A stretch of DNA of 62,265 bases from Thermoleophilaceae bacterium (GTDB lineage Bacteria; Actinomycetota; Thermoleophilia; Solirubrobacterales; Thermoleophilaceae), in NCBI GenBank assembly GCA_036382905.1, contig DASVPL010000251.1, forward strand, positions 1 through 62,265, given 5' to 3'. The position numbers and the translations under genes are program-made. Shown here piece by piece: positions 46,255-55,093 of this stretch (its first letter is position 1; each line of letters starts with the position of its first letter). The notes beneath the pieces were generated by a model. That model worked only from the letters and a program-made list of their open reading frames with translations, was not told the origin of the DNA and searched no databases.

Positions 46255-47259
46255 ATGAGCGGGACCGCCGAGACGGCGCAGGGGATGCAGGCCCGCAAGG
46301 ACGCGCCGATCGGCGGCCAGGCGGTGCTCGAGGGCGTGATGATGCGTGGCGTCTCCGTGTGGGCCGTCGCCGTGCGCAAGCTCTCCGCTGAGCAGGTCGC
46401 GCAGGGCGAGGACCGCGACATGCGCGAGGCAGCCGCCGGCGAGATCGAGGTGGTCTCCGAGCCGCTCGTCTCGTGGGTGAAGCGCCACCGGGCGCTCAGG
46501 CTGCCGATCGTCCGCGGCGTCGTCGCGCTTGCGGAGTCGCTGAAGATCGGCTTCCGCGCGCTCGGGATCTCCGCCGATGCCCAGGCCGCCGGTCACGACG
46601 AGGAGATCGGCAAGGGGATGTGGGTCGGCACGATCATCTTCTCCCTGGCGCTCGCCGTTGGGCTCTTCTTCCTGCTGCCGGTGGGCCTCACGAGCCTCTT
46701 CAAGGACTCGCTGCCGAACTCGCTCGTCTTCGTGATCGTGGAGAAGGTGATCCGGATCTCGATCTTCCTCGGCTACCTGTGGGCGATATCGAAGATGCGC
46801 GAGTTGCAGCGCGTGTTCGAGTACCACGGCGCCGAGCACAAGACGATCTCGAACTACGAGTCCGGGCTGCCGCTCACGCCGGAGAACGCGCAGCAGTTCT
46901 CGCGCCTTCACCCGCGCTGCGGCACGAGCTTCCTGCTGATCGTGATGATCGTGGCGATAGTCGTGTTCGCGCCGCTCGGCACGCCGTCGCTGCCGATCCT
47001 GTTCGCCTCACGGGTCATCGGAATCCCGCTCGTCGCCGGCCTCGCGTTCGAGGTCATCAAGCTGTTCGGCCGCAAGCGCGACAAGCGCTGGGCGCAGATC
47101 CTGATGGCGCCCGGCATGCAGCTCCAGAAGCTCACCACGCGCGAGCCCGACCTCGACCAGCTCGCGGTCGCGATCGCCGCCCTCGAGGCCGTGCTCGCGG
47201 TCGAGAACCCCGAGCAGGCGACCGAGGAGGACCGGGTCGGCATGGAGGTCGTGGCGTAG
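46255..47259 (+). CDS. DUF1385 domain-containing membrane protein
   Basis: IGGQAVLEGVMMRG, YHGAEHKTI and HPRCGTSFL motifs. It sits in the usual position upstream of prfA. Confidence 0.8.
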   Translation: MSGTAETAQGMQARKDAPIGGQAVLEGVMMRGVSVWAVAVRKLSAEQVAQGEDRDMREAAAGEIEVVSEPLVSWVKRHRALRLPIVRGVVALAESLKIGFRALGISADAQAAGHDEEIGKGMWVGTIIFSLALAVGLFFLLPVGLTSLFKDSLPNSLVFVIVEKVIRISIFLGYLWAISKMRELQRVFEYHGAEHKTISNYESGLPLTPENAQQFSRLHPRCGTSFLLIVMIVAIVVFAPLGTPSLPILFASRVIGIPLVAGLAFEVIKLFGRKRDKRWAQILMAPGMQLQKLTTREPDLDQLAVAIAALEAVLAVENPEQATEEDRVGMEVVA

Positions 47260-47280
47260 CGAGGCCCTAACCTCGCCTGC

Positions 47281-48330
47281 ATGATCGACGACCTGGTCGG
47301 GCAGATCGAGAGCCGCTACAGGGAGCTCTCAGCCCAGATGTCGGACCCCGAGGTGATCGGCGACCGGGAGCGCTACGCCGAGGTGGGCCGCGCCTACAGC
47401 CACATCGAGCCGGCCTACGCGCTGGCAGTCGAGTACCGCAAGGCCGCCGACGACGCCGCGGGTGCTCGCGAGCTGCTCGCGGAGGGCGACGACCCCGAGC
47501 TGCGCGAGCTGCTGCGCACCTCGGAGGCGCGCATCGCCGAGCTCGAGGAGGAGATCCGCCTGGCGATGGTGGAGCCCGACCCGGCCGACGAGAAGGACGT
47601 GATCGTCGAGGTGCGCGGAGGCACCGGCGGGGAGGAGGCGGGCCTGTTCGCGGGCGACCTCCACCGGATGCTCGCGCGCTACGCCGAGCGTCGCGGCTTC
47701 AAGACCGAGCCGCTCTCGACCGCTGACGGCGAGTACACGTTCGCGATCCGCGGCCGCGGCGCCTACAGCGTCTTCAAGTTCGAGGGCGGGACCCATCGGG
47801 TGCAGCGCGTGCCCGAGACCGAGTCGCAGGGCCGCATCCACACCTCGACCGCCACCGTCGCGGTGCTGCCGGAGGCCGAGGAGGTCGACGTGCGGGTCGA
47901 CCCGAACGACCTCCAGATCGACGTGTACCGCTCCTCGGGCCCGGGCGGGCAGTCCGTCAACACGACCGACTCGGCCGTGCGCATCACGCACAAGCCGACC
48001 GGGCTCGTGGTCTCGATGCAGGACGAGAAGTCGCAGCTCCAGAACCGCGAGAAGGCGATGCGCGTGCTGCGCGCGCGGCTCTACGAGCAGGAGCTGGCCG
48101 CGCGTCAGGCGGAGATGTCGGCCGAGCGCAAGTCGCAGGTCGGCACCGGCGAGCGCTCGGAGAAGGTGCGCACCTACAACTTCCCGCAGGACCGCGTGAC
48201 CGACCACCGCGTGAAGCTCACGAAGGGCAACCTGCCCGCCGTGCTCGCGGGCGAGCTCGACGAGCTGACGGCGGCGCTCGAGGCCGACGAGAAGCGCCGC
48301 AAGCTCGAGGCCAGCTCGCGCGGGGAGTGA
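47281..48330 (+). CDS. prfA: peptide chain release factor 1
   Basis: RVQRVPETESQGRIHTSTATVAVLP and the GGQ motif SSGPGGQSVNTTDSAVRITHKPTG. Confidence 0.95.
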   Translation: MIDDLVGQIESRYRELSAQMSDPEVIGDRERYAEVGRAYSHIEPAYALAVEYRKAADDAAGARELLAEGDDPELRELLRTSEARIAELEEEIRLAMVEPDPADEKDVIVEVRGGTGGEEAGLFAGDLHRMLARYAERRGFKTEPLSTADGEYTFAIRGRGAYSVFKFEGGTHRVQRVPETESQGRIHTSTATVAVLPEAEEVDVRVDPNDLQIDVYRSSGPGGQSVNTTDSAVRITHKPTGLVVSMQDEKSQLQNREKAMRVLRARLYEQELAARQAEMSAERKSQVGTGERSEKVRTYNFPQDRVTDHRVKLTKGNLPAVLAGELDELTAALEADEKRRKLEASSRGE

Positions 48331-49148
48331 CCACCGCGGTCGGCACGGTCCGCGACGCGATCGGCGCCGCGGCGGACGCGTTGGGTGCGGCGGGTTGCGA
48401 CACGCCGCGGCTCGACGCGGAGCTGTTGGTCGCGGCGGCGCTCGGGATGCCGCGCGAACGGCTTCACCTGGAGCCTGAATCGGGAGTGCCACCGCGCGCC
48501 GCTCGCGTGGCCTCCGAGTTCATTCGCCGCCGGGCACGGCGCGAGCCTGTCGCGTACATCCTCGGCCGCCGCGGCTTTCGCCATATCGACGTGGCCGTCG
48601 ACGCGCGCGTGCTCATCCCGCGGCCGGAGACGGAGCTGCTCGTGGAGGTCGCCCTGGAGCTGCCCGCCGGAGCGCGCGTGCACGACGTGGGGACCGGGTC
48701 GGGGGCGATCGCGCTCGCGATCGCGGACGAGCGCCCCGACCTCGTGGTGAGCGCGTCCGACGCCTCGCGCGCCGCCGTGGACGCGGCCCGCGCGAACGCC
48801 GCGCGGCTCGGGCTCGCTGTCGCGGTCGAGCACGCGGCGGGGCTTCCGGAGACCTCCCGCGACGCGGATCTGGTGGTGGCGAACCTGCCGTACGTCACCG
48901 AGGCGGAGTGGGCGGGGCTCGCGCCCGAGATCGTCCGCTACGAGCCGCGCGAGGCGCTGGTCTCCGGCGACGACGGGCTCGACGCGATCCGCGCGCTGGT
49001 GGCCGGCGCTCCGCGCGGTCTCCGCATGGCGCTCGAGCACGCGCCGTCGCAAACGGCGGCAGTGAGGGAGATGCTCGCGGAGCCGCGCACGCTGGAGGAC
49101 CTCGCCGGGCGCGAGCGCGTGACGCGCGGCCGGGTTCTGAACACTTAA
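48327..49148 (+). CDS. prmC: release factor glutamine methyltransferase PrmC/HemK
   Basis: SAM motif VHDVGTGSGAIALAI and an NPPY-type motif as VANLPYV. It overlaps the prfA stop by 4 nt. Confidence 0.85.
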   Translation: MTTAVGTVRDAIGAAADALGAAGCDTPRLDAELLVAAALGMPRERLHLEPESGVPPRAARVASEFIRRRARREPVAYILGRRGFRHIDVAVDARVLIPRPETELLVEVALELPAGARVHDVGTGSGAIALAIADERPDLVVSASDASRAAVDAARANAARLGLAVAVEHAAGLPETSRDADLVVANLPYVTEAEWAGLAPEIVRYEPREALVSGDDGLDAIRALVAGAPRGLRMALEHAPSQTAAVREMLAEPRTLEDLAGRERVTRGRVLNT

Positions 49149-49155
49149 CCACGCT

Positions 49156-49779
49156 ATGGGGTGGTCAAGTGTTCAATCGTCGGATGTGGAGGCCTTTCAG
49201 GCCGCCCTCCTGAGTGACGGTGTCGGTCTCTTCCCCGCCGACACGGTCTACGGCCTCGCCGCGGACGCCGAGTCCGCGCGCGGCGTCGAGCGCCTCTACG
49301 AGCTGAAGGGCCGCCCGCCGGTGAAGCCCGCGGCCGTCATGTTCTTCGACCCCGACGCCGTCCTCGACCTCGCGCGCGACCTCGGTCCCCGAACGCGCGA
49401 GGCGCTCGCGCGGCTGCTCCCCGGGCCGGTCACGCTGATCGTCCCGAACCCCGAGCGCCGCTACCCGCTCGCGTGCGGGCCCGTGCCGGAGCGGCTCGGG
49501 ATCCGCGTGCCCGGCCTGCCGGAGCCGCTCGCGGCGCTGCTCGCCATCCGCCGGCCGATACTCCAGTCGAGCGCCAACCCGTCGGGTGGACCGGACCCCC
49601 GGCGCCTCGCCGACGTGGACCCGGAGATACGCGCCGGGGTGGACGCGGAGCTCGACGGCGGGGAGCTTCCGGGCACCGCATCGACGGTCGTGGACCTCGT
49701 CCGCTACGAGCAGGCGGGGGAGTTCGAGGTGCTGCGCGAGGGCGCCGTGGCCGCGGAGGAGCTCGCCGAGCTCCTCTGA
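49156..49779 (+). CDS. tsaC: L-threonylcarbamoyladenylate synthase (YrdC/YwlC/TsaC type)
   Basis: FPADTVYGLAADA, LKGRPPVKP, SSANPSGG, STVVDL. Confidence 0.85.
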   Translation: MGWSSVQSSDVEAFQAALLSDGVGLFPADTVYGLAADAESARGVERLYELKGRPPVKPAAVMFFDPDAVLDLARDLGPRTREALARLLPGPVTLIVPNPERRYPLACGPVPERLGIRVPGLPEPLAALLAIRRPILQSSANPSGGPDPRRLADVDPEIRAGVDAELDGGELPGTASTVVDLVRYEQAGEFEVLREGAVAAEELAELL

Positions 49780-49780
49780 G

Positions 49781-49797
49781 GCCCACCCCCCGTGGGC
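49781..49797 (+). terminator. short GC hairpin after tsaC (terminator-like)
   Basis: GCCCAC CCCCC GTGGGC immediately after the TGA, followed by ACGAAATTT. Confidence 0.35.
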
Positions 49798-50010
49798 ACG
49801 AAATTTCAGGCGAACAAGTTTTTGACGCGTCTGGGCCGGAAACATTGTGCTTAAGCAAACGTGTCCCCTGCCCTGGGAAGGCCGCCGGTAGACATCCGGC
49901 GCAGTGGGGACGCAGAGGGAGAAGGAAAAAGGTCATGGTGCGCGGGCCAACCTCCCGCAGTTCCTAGACGACTGTTCGAGTTTTCGCCCGGGCGATCGGG
50001 GTGATCGTTC

Positions 50011-51111
50011 GTGAGGCAAGGACTGATGCCGAGGCGAGTTCAACAGCGACGGTTTGACCCGGTCGAGACGACCGCGACAGCCCCTGCCCCCGCCCCTGCT
50101 CGCGAGGCGGGTTACGGGGCGCTCGTGCTCGAGCGGCTGGCGAAGCAGATCTGCCGCATCGCCGGCGTCGAGCTCTCGTGCATCTTCGTCCGCGACCTTC
50201 GCGACCCGCGCCTGGTGATCGCGGCCGCCGGGCACGGCCTCCCCTGGGATGCGATCGGCTGCCGCTTCGGTGCCGACGAGGGCCCCGTCGGCCACGTGCT
50301 CGCGACCGGCGAGCCCACGCTGAGCGACGACTTCGCCGCGCTGGTCAGCCCGCTCGAGGTTCCCGAGGGATCGTCGGGCTGCGCTGGCGTCGCGGTGCCG
50401 GTGCGATGGAACGGCCGGGTGGACGGCGCGCTCGTGGCCGGCTGCTGCACCCCCGGCCGCGCATTTGGGGAGGAGGAGCTGCTCCTGCTCTCCGAGCTCG
50501 CGGACCTCGCGGCCGCGGCGCTCGAGCACACGACCGAGCGTCACGACTTCGGCGACCTGATGAAGGCGCACGTGGAGGCGCTCGCCGCCGCGATGGACAT
50601 GCGCGACCGCCGCACCGCGGCGCACTCGGAGGACGTGGTACGGCTCGCCTGCGAGGTCGGGCGACTCCTCGGACTCCAGGACGCCTCGCTCGTCGAGCTC
50701 GAGTTCGCCGCGCGCCTGCACGACGTCGGCAAGATCCGCGTGCCCGACGCGGTCCTGCACAAGCCGGGCCCGCTCGACGAGGACGAGTTCGAGGTCATCC
50801 GCTGCCACGCGGCGTGGGGCTCGGAGACGCTCTCGGGGATCCCCGGGCTCGAGGCGGTCGCGACCGTGGTGCGCTTCCACCACGAGCGCTGGGACGGCAA
50901 CGGGTACCCCGACAAGCTCGCCGGCGCGCGCATCCCGCTCGCCAGCCGGATCATCTGCGCGTGCGACGCCTTCGCCGCGATGACCGCGGACCGCCCGTAC
51001 CGCGACGCGATGGACAACGACGACGCGCTGGCGGAGATCTGCTCGAAGTCCGGCAGCCAGTTCGACCCCTCGGTCGTGGACGCCCTCGCCGAGGTCGTCG
51101 CGACCGTCTAG
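50011..51111 (+). CDS. GAF domain / HD-GYP domain protein (putative cyclic-di-GMP phosphodiesterase)
   Basis: [38 protein letters not shown]. An N-terminal GAF-like region spans about 150 aa. The start is either GTG 50011 or ATG 50026 (AAGGA lies 5 nt upstream of the latter). Confidence 0.85.
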   Translation: MRQGLMPRRVQQRRFDPVETTATAPAPAPAREAGYGALVLERLAKQICRIAGVELSCIFVRDLRDPRLVIAAAGHGLPWDAIGCRFGADEGPVGHVLATGEPTLSDDFAALVSPLEVPEGSSGCAGVAVPVRWNGRVDGALVAGCCTPGRAFGEEELLLLSELADLAAAALEHTTERHDFGDLMKAHVEALAAAMDMRDRRTAAHSEDVVRLACEVGRLLGLQDASLVELEFAARLHDVGKIRVPDAVLHKPGPLDEDEFEVIRCHAAWGSETLSGIPGLEAVATVVRFHHERWDGNGYPDKLAGARIPLASRIICACDAFAAMTADRPYRDAMDNDDALAEICSKSGSQFDPSVVDALAEVVATV

Positions 51112-51125
51112 ACAGCTTCCCCACA

Positions 51126-51160
51126 GGCGCCGGCGCTCACCCCCTCGGAGCGCCGGCGCC
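51126..51160 (+). terminator. perfect 13-bp stem hairpin between the HD-GYP gene and glyA
   Basis: GGCGCCGGCGCTC (51126-51138), a 9-nt loop, then GAGCGCCGGCGCC (51148-51160). There is no T tract. Confidence 0.45.
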
Positions 51161-51218
51161 GACCATTCCCGCGCCCCGCGCCCGCTTTGCCCTCGGATGG
51201 CGCTGGTACGGTGACTGC

Positions 51219-52499
51219 GTGACCGATCTGCCGCCCGACTTCCAGACCCGCCCGGTCGCCGAGGTCGATCCCGAGATCGCGCAGGTGCTGGAGGACGAGC
51301 TCCGGCGCCAGGACGCGACACTCGAGATGATCGCCTCCGAGAACTTCGTCCCGCAGGCCGTGCTCGACTGCCAGGGCTCGGTGCTCACGAACAAGTACGC
51401 CGAGGGCTATCCGGGCCGGCGCTACTACGGCGGCTGCGAGTACGTGGACGTCGCCGAGCAGCTCGCGATCGACCGCGCGAAGGCGCTTTTCGGGGCCGAC
51501 CACGCCAACGTGCAGCCCCACGCGGGCGCGCAGGCCAACAACGCCGTCTACCACGCACTGCTCACGCCGGGCGACCGCGTCCTCGGCATGAAGCTCGACC
51601 ACGGCGGCCACCTGAGCCACGGGATGAAGATCAACGTCTCCGGCAAGCTCTACGACGTCGCCGCCTACGGCGTGCGCGAGAGCGACTCGCGGCTCGACAT
51701 GGAGGACGTCGCGCGCGCGGCGTACGAGCACCGGCCGAAGCTGATCGTGGCCGGATGGTCGGCCTACCCGCGCCAGCTCGACTTCGCGGCGTTCCGGGCG
51801 ATCGCGGACGACGTTGGCGCGTTCCTAATGGTCGACATGGCGCACTTCGCGGGCCTGGTTGCCGCCGGCCTCCACCCGAGCCCCGTCCCGCACGCGGACG
51901 TGGTCACCACCACCGTGCACAAGACGCTCGCCGGCCCGCGGAGCGGGATGATCCTGTGCCGCGAGGAGCACGCCAAGAAGATCAACTCGGCCGTGTTCCC
52001 GGGGCAGCAGGGCGGCCCGCTGATGCACGCGATCGCGGCCAAGGCAGTGGCGCTGCGGATCGCCGCCAGCGAGCCCTTCCGCGAGCGCCAGCAGCGCACG
52101 GTCGACGGCGCGAAGCGCCTCGCCGAGGAGCTGCTCGGCGCCGGCGTGAACGTGCTCACCGGCGGCACCGACGTGCACCTGATCCTCGCCGACCTGCGCG
52201 ACTCCGAGCTCGACGGCCAGCAGGCCGAGGACCGTCTCGACGAGGTCGGAATCACCGTGAACCGCAACGCCGTCCCGTTCGACCCGCGCCCGCCGGCGAT
52301 CTCCTCCGGGCTGCGCGTCGGCACGCCCGCGCTGGCCACGCGCGGGTTCGGCGACGAGGAGTTCACCGAGGTCGGCCGGATCATCGGCACCGCGCTCACC
52401 GCGGAGTGGAGCGACGACCTGCGCACCGAGCTCGCCGAGCGCACGCGGGGGCTCGCCGAGCGCCACCCGCTCTACCCGCAGCTGCTGCAAACGGTCTGA
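51219..52499 (+). CDS. glyA: serine hydroxymethyltransferase
   Basis: [39 protein letters not shown] and the PLP-lysine block [19 protein letters not shown] start at 51219. Confidence 0.95.
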   Translation: MTDLPPDFQTRPVAEVDPEIAQVLEDELRRQDATLEMIASENFVPQAVLDCQGSVLTNKYAEGYPGRRYYGGCEYVDVAEQLAIDRAKALFGADHANVQPHAGAQANNAVYHALLTPGDRVLGMKLDHGGHLSHGMKINVSGKLYDVAAYGVRESDSRLDMEDVARAAYEHRPKLIVAGWSAYPRQLDFAAFRAIADDVGAFLMVDMAHFAGLVAAGLHPSPVPHADVVTTTVHKTLAGPRSGMILCREEHAKKINSAVFPGQQGGPLMHAIAAKAVALRIAASEPFRERQQRTVDGAKRLAEELLGAGVNVLTGGTDVHLILADLRDSELDGQQAEDRLDEVGITVNRNAVPFDPRPPAISSGLRVGTPALATRGFGDEEFTEVGRIIGTALTAEWSDDLRTELAERTRGLAERHPLYPQLLQTV

Positions 52500-53134
52500 G
52501 CCGCACGCTCTTCGAGCTCGACCGAGTCACCGCCTCGCGCGGCGGGGCGGCGGTGCTGCGCGACGTGGTGCTGGACATACGGGAGGGCGTGACGGCGCTG
52601 CTCGGGCCGTCGGGCTCGGGCAAGTCGACCCTGCTGAGGCTGCTTAACCGGCTGGCCGACCCCGATCGCGGCATCGTGCGCTTCCGCGGCGAGGACGTGA
52701 CGATGCTCGACCCGCGCGAGCTGCGCCGCCGCGCGTGCCTCGTGCCGCAGCTACCGGCGCCGCTGCCCGGCACGGTCGCCGACAACCTGCGCTACGGGCC
52801 GGCGCTACGCGGCCGCGCCGTCGGCGTCGAGCGCCCGCTCGAGCTGGCCGGGCTCACGAAGCTCTACGCCGACCGCGACGCGTCGCAGCTCTCGGTCGGC
52901 GAGCAGCAGCGCGTGATGCTCGCCCGCGCGTTGGCGCTCGAGCCGGAGGTGCTGCTGCTCGACGAGCCGACCTCCGCCCTCGACGACTACACGAAGGGCG
53001 GCGTGGAGCGGACGCTCGCCGAGCTGGCCCACCGCTCCGGGCTGTCGATGGTGCTCGTGACCCACGACCGCGCCCAGGCCGAGCGGATGGCGGGCCGGAT
53101 CGTGGAGCTGCACGACGGGGCGGTGGCGCGGTGA
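52496..53134 (+). CDS. ABC transporter ATP-binding protein, FetA/YbbL-like (start codon uncertain)
   Basis: Walker [12 protein letters not shown], signature LSVGEQQR, Walker [12 protein letters not shown]. There is no canonical start near the domain N-terminus. CTG 52496 overlaps the glyA TGA; GTG 52406 is the nearest canonical in-frame start. Confidence 0.7.
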   Translation: MSRTLFELDRVTASRGGAAVLRDVVLDIREGVTALLGPSGSGKSTLLRLLNRLADPDRGIVRFRGEDVTMLDPRELRRRACLVPQLPAPLPGTVADNLRYGPALRGRAVGVERPLELAGLTKLYADRDASQLSVGEQQRVMLARALALEPEVLLLDEPTSALDDYTKGGVERTLAELAHRSGLSMVLVTHDRAQAERMAGRIVELHDGAVAR

Positions 53135-53913
53135 GGATCGACGTCTCGCTGCTCGAGGTGCTCGGGTCGCTCGCGCTGGTGGCGCTGGCGGCGGGCATCT
53201 CGTACTGGCGGCGGATCGACATCGAGCGCGACCTCGGTGTGGCCGTGCTTCGCTCGTTCCTCCAGCTCACCGCGGTCGGCTTCGTGATCCAGGCGATCTT
53301 CGACTCCGACAGCCTCCTGCTCGTGGCGCTGCTGCTCGCGGTGATGGTCGCGTTCGGCTCGTTCACGGCGCGCTCGCGGGCGCGGCAGGTGCCGGGCGCG
53401 CTGCCCGCGATCGCGCTCGGGCTGAGCGCCGCCGCGGTGATCACGATCGGGCTGGTGATCGGGCTCGGCGTGTTCGACGCCGAGCCGCGCTACCTCGTTC
53501 CCGTCGGCGGCATGGTGATCGGCAACGCGATGACCGCCGCGGCCATCTCGCTCAACCGGCTGGCCGACGACATGCGCGCGTCGCGGCTCCAGATCGAGGC
53601 GACGCTGGCGCTCGGCGCGACCGCGGCGGAGGCCGCCCGCGCGATCGTCCAACGCAGCCTCCGCTCCGGGATGATCGGGCTGGTGGACTCCACCAAGACC
53701 ACCGGCGTCGTCTTCTTCCCCGGCACGATGGTGGGCATGCTGGTCGCCGGCGCCGACCCGGTCGACGCCGTGCGGCTCCAACTCATCCTGCTCTGGACGC
53801 TGATCGGGAGCGTGGCGATCTCGGCTGTGATCGCGACGTCCCTCGGCTACCGCGGCTTCTTCACCCCCGCGCACCAGCTGCGCGAGCTGCCGGCTAGCCG
53901 CCCGGACGCTTGA
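53131..53913 (+). CDS. ABC transporter permease, FetB/YbbM (UPF0014)-like
   Basis: GTG 53131 overlaps the upstream TGA. 260 aa and multi-TM, with RSFLQLTAVGFVIQ, MVIGNAMTAAA and PGTMVGM blocks. Confidence 0.7.
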   Translation: MRIDVSLLEVLGSLALVALAAGISYWRRIDIERDLGVAVLRSFLQLTAVGFVIQAIFDSDSLLLVALLLAVMVAFGSFTARSRARQVPGALPAIALGLSAAAVITIGLVIGLGVFDAEPRYLVPVGGMVIGNAMTAAAISLNRLADDMRASRLQIEATLALGATAAEAARAIVQRSLRSGMIGLVDSTKTTGVVFFPGTMVGMLVAGADPVDAVRLQLILLWTLIGSVAISAVIATSLGYRGFFTPAHQLRELPASRPDA

Positions 53914-55087
53914 CGGCCTCGAACTCCCCGGTCTCGAGCTCGTGCGCCACGCGCGCCTCGATGTCGGCCTCGGCCGGTTCCGGCGCGCCCGCGAGCTTGC
54001 TCTCGTTGCGGAGCTGGAACTGGCGGAAGCGCTTGAGCTTGAGGATCTCGAGCACGTAGACCAGGTACGCGCTCGCGGCGACCGCCACGAGGCCGAAGCC
54101 GGCCAGCACGGCGACCCACTCCCAGTCGAAGTGGCCGTGGTCGTCGGAGTAGGGGACGAACCGCAGCGCCAGCGCGAGCGCGGCCAGCGAGAGGGTCCAG
54201 CCGTAGAGGTAGAGGGCGGTCTTTCGCTGCGAGAAACCGATGTTCGCGAAGCGGTGGTGGAAGTGCCAGCGATCGGCCTTGTAGACCGGCTGGCGGTACT
54301 TGAGGCGCTTGGCGATCACGAAGCTCGAGTCGAGGATCGGCACGGCGAGGATCACCATCGGGAACGCCAGCGCGACCACGGCGTTCGTCTTCAGCGCTCC
54401 CTGCACCACGATGGCGCCGAGCAGGTAGCCGAGCAGGTTCGACCCCGAGTCGCCGAGGAACACCGAGGCCGGGTGGAAGCCGTGGCGCAGGTAGCCGAGC
54501 GAGGCACCGGCGACGATCAGCGCGAGCACGCCCGCGACCTGGCGGTCGAGCGACAGCGAGATCGTGGCGAAGGTGAGTGCGGCGATCGTGCACACGCCGG
54601 CGGCGAGCCCGTCGACGCCGTCGATGAAGTTGACGACGTTCATCAGGGCGACGATGCCGAGGGCCGTCAGGCCGTAGGACAGCGGGTCGCTCAGGTCGAT
54701 CCGCCCGAAGAACGGGATCGTGAAGTCGGTGACGCGCACGCCGGCGGCGACCGGTATCGCTGCGGCGAGGATCTGGCCGACGATCTTGTACTCGGCCGAG
54801 AGCTCGAGGATGTCGTCGGCCATCCCGACGGCGACGATCACCGCGGCGCCGATCAGGATCGCGTTGGTCTGCTGGTCGTGGGGGAGGAAGACGAGCGTCG
54901 AGGTGGCGACCGCCGCGAGGATCGCGAGGCCGCCGAGCCGGGGCGTCGGCATCTGGTGCAGGCCGCGCGCCCGCGGGGTGTCGATCGCGCCGATCCTCCA
55001 GGCGAGGGCACCCGCGATCGGGGTGGTCAGCAGCGCGACCACCAGCGCGAGGCCGAGGGCGACGAAACCATCGCCGGTGCTAGGCAT
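53894..55087 (-). CDS. polyprenyl-phosphate N-acetylhexosamine-1-phosphate transferase (MraY/WecA/TagO family, GT4 fold family)
   Basis: PRLGGLAILAA, NFIDGVDGLAAG, FLGDSGSNLLGY, HFHHRF. 397 aa, polytopic. Confidence 0.85.
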   Translation of the reverse strand: MPSTGDGFVALGLALVVALLTTPIAGALAWRIGAIDTPRARGLHQMPTPRLGGLAILAAVATSTLVFLPHDQQTNAILIGAAVIVAVGMADDILELSAEYKIVGQILAAAIPVAAGVRVTDFTIPFFGRIDLSDPLSYGLTALGIVALMNVVNFIDGVDGLAAGVCTIAALTFATISLSLDRQVAGVLALIVAGASLGYLRHGFHPASVFLGDSGSNLLGYLLGAIVVQGALKTNAVVALAFPMVILAVPILDSSFVIAKRLKYRQPVYKADRWHFHHRFANIGFSQRKTALYLYGWTLSLAALALALRFVPYSDDHGHFDWEWVAVLAGFGLVAVAASAYLVYVLEILKLKRFRQFQLRNESKLAGAPEPAEADIEARVAHELETGEFEAVKRPGG

Positions 55088-55093
55088 GGCACC

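Noticed and set aside
49851-49925. Possible c-di-GMP-I (GEMM) riboswitch upstream of the HD-GYP gene, because of GCAAAC ... GGGGACGCAGAGGG resembling GCAAA ... GGACGCAAAGCC.
   Set aside because: The intervening hairpin is long and irregular instead of a short GNRA-capped stem. The ACGCAAAGC core is not matched exactly, and I cannot find the 3' CCGGGTTACC-like element. It is kept only as a generic structured-leader finding pending cmscan.
51161-51218. Possible ZTP (pfl) or folate-type riboswitch in front of glyA.
   Set aside because: The segment is only about 58 nt after the hairpin. It lacks the conserved CCGCCTGGGC pseudoknot element and the GGGTCGTGAC-type 5' domain.
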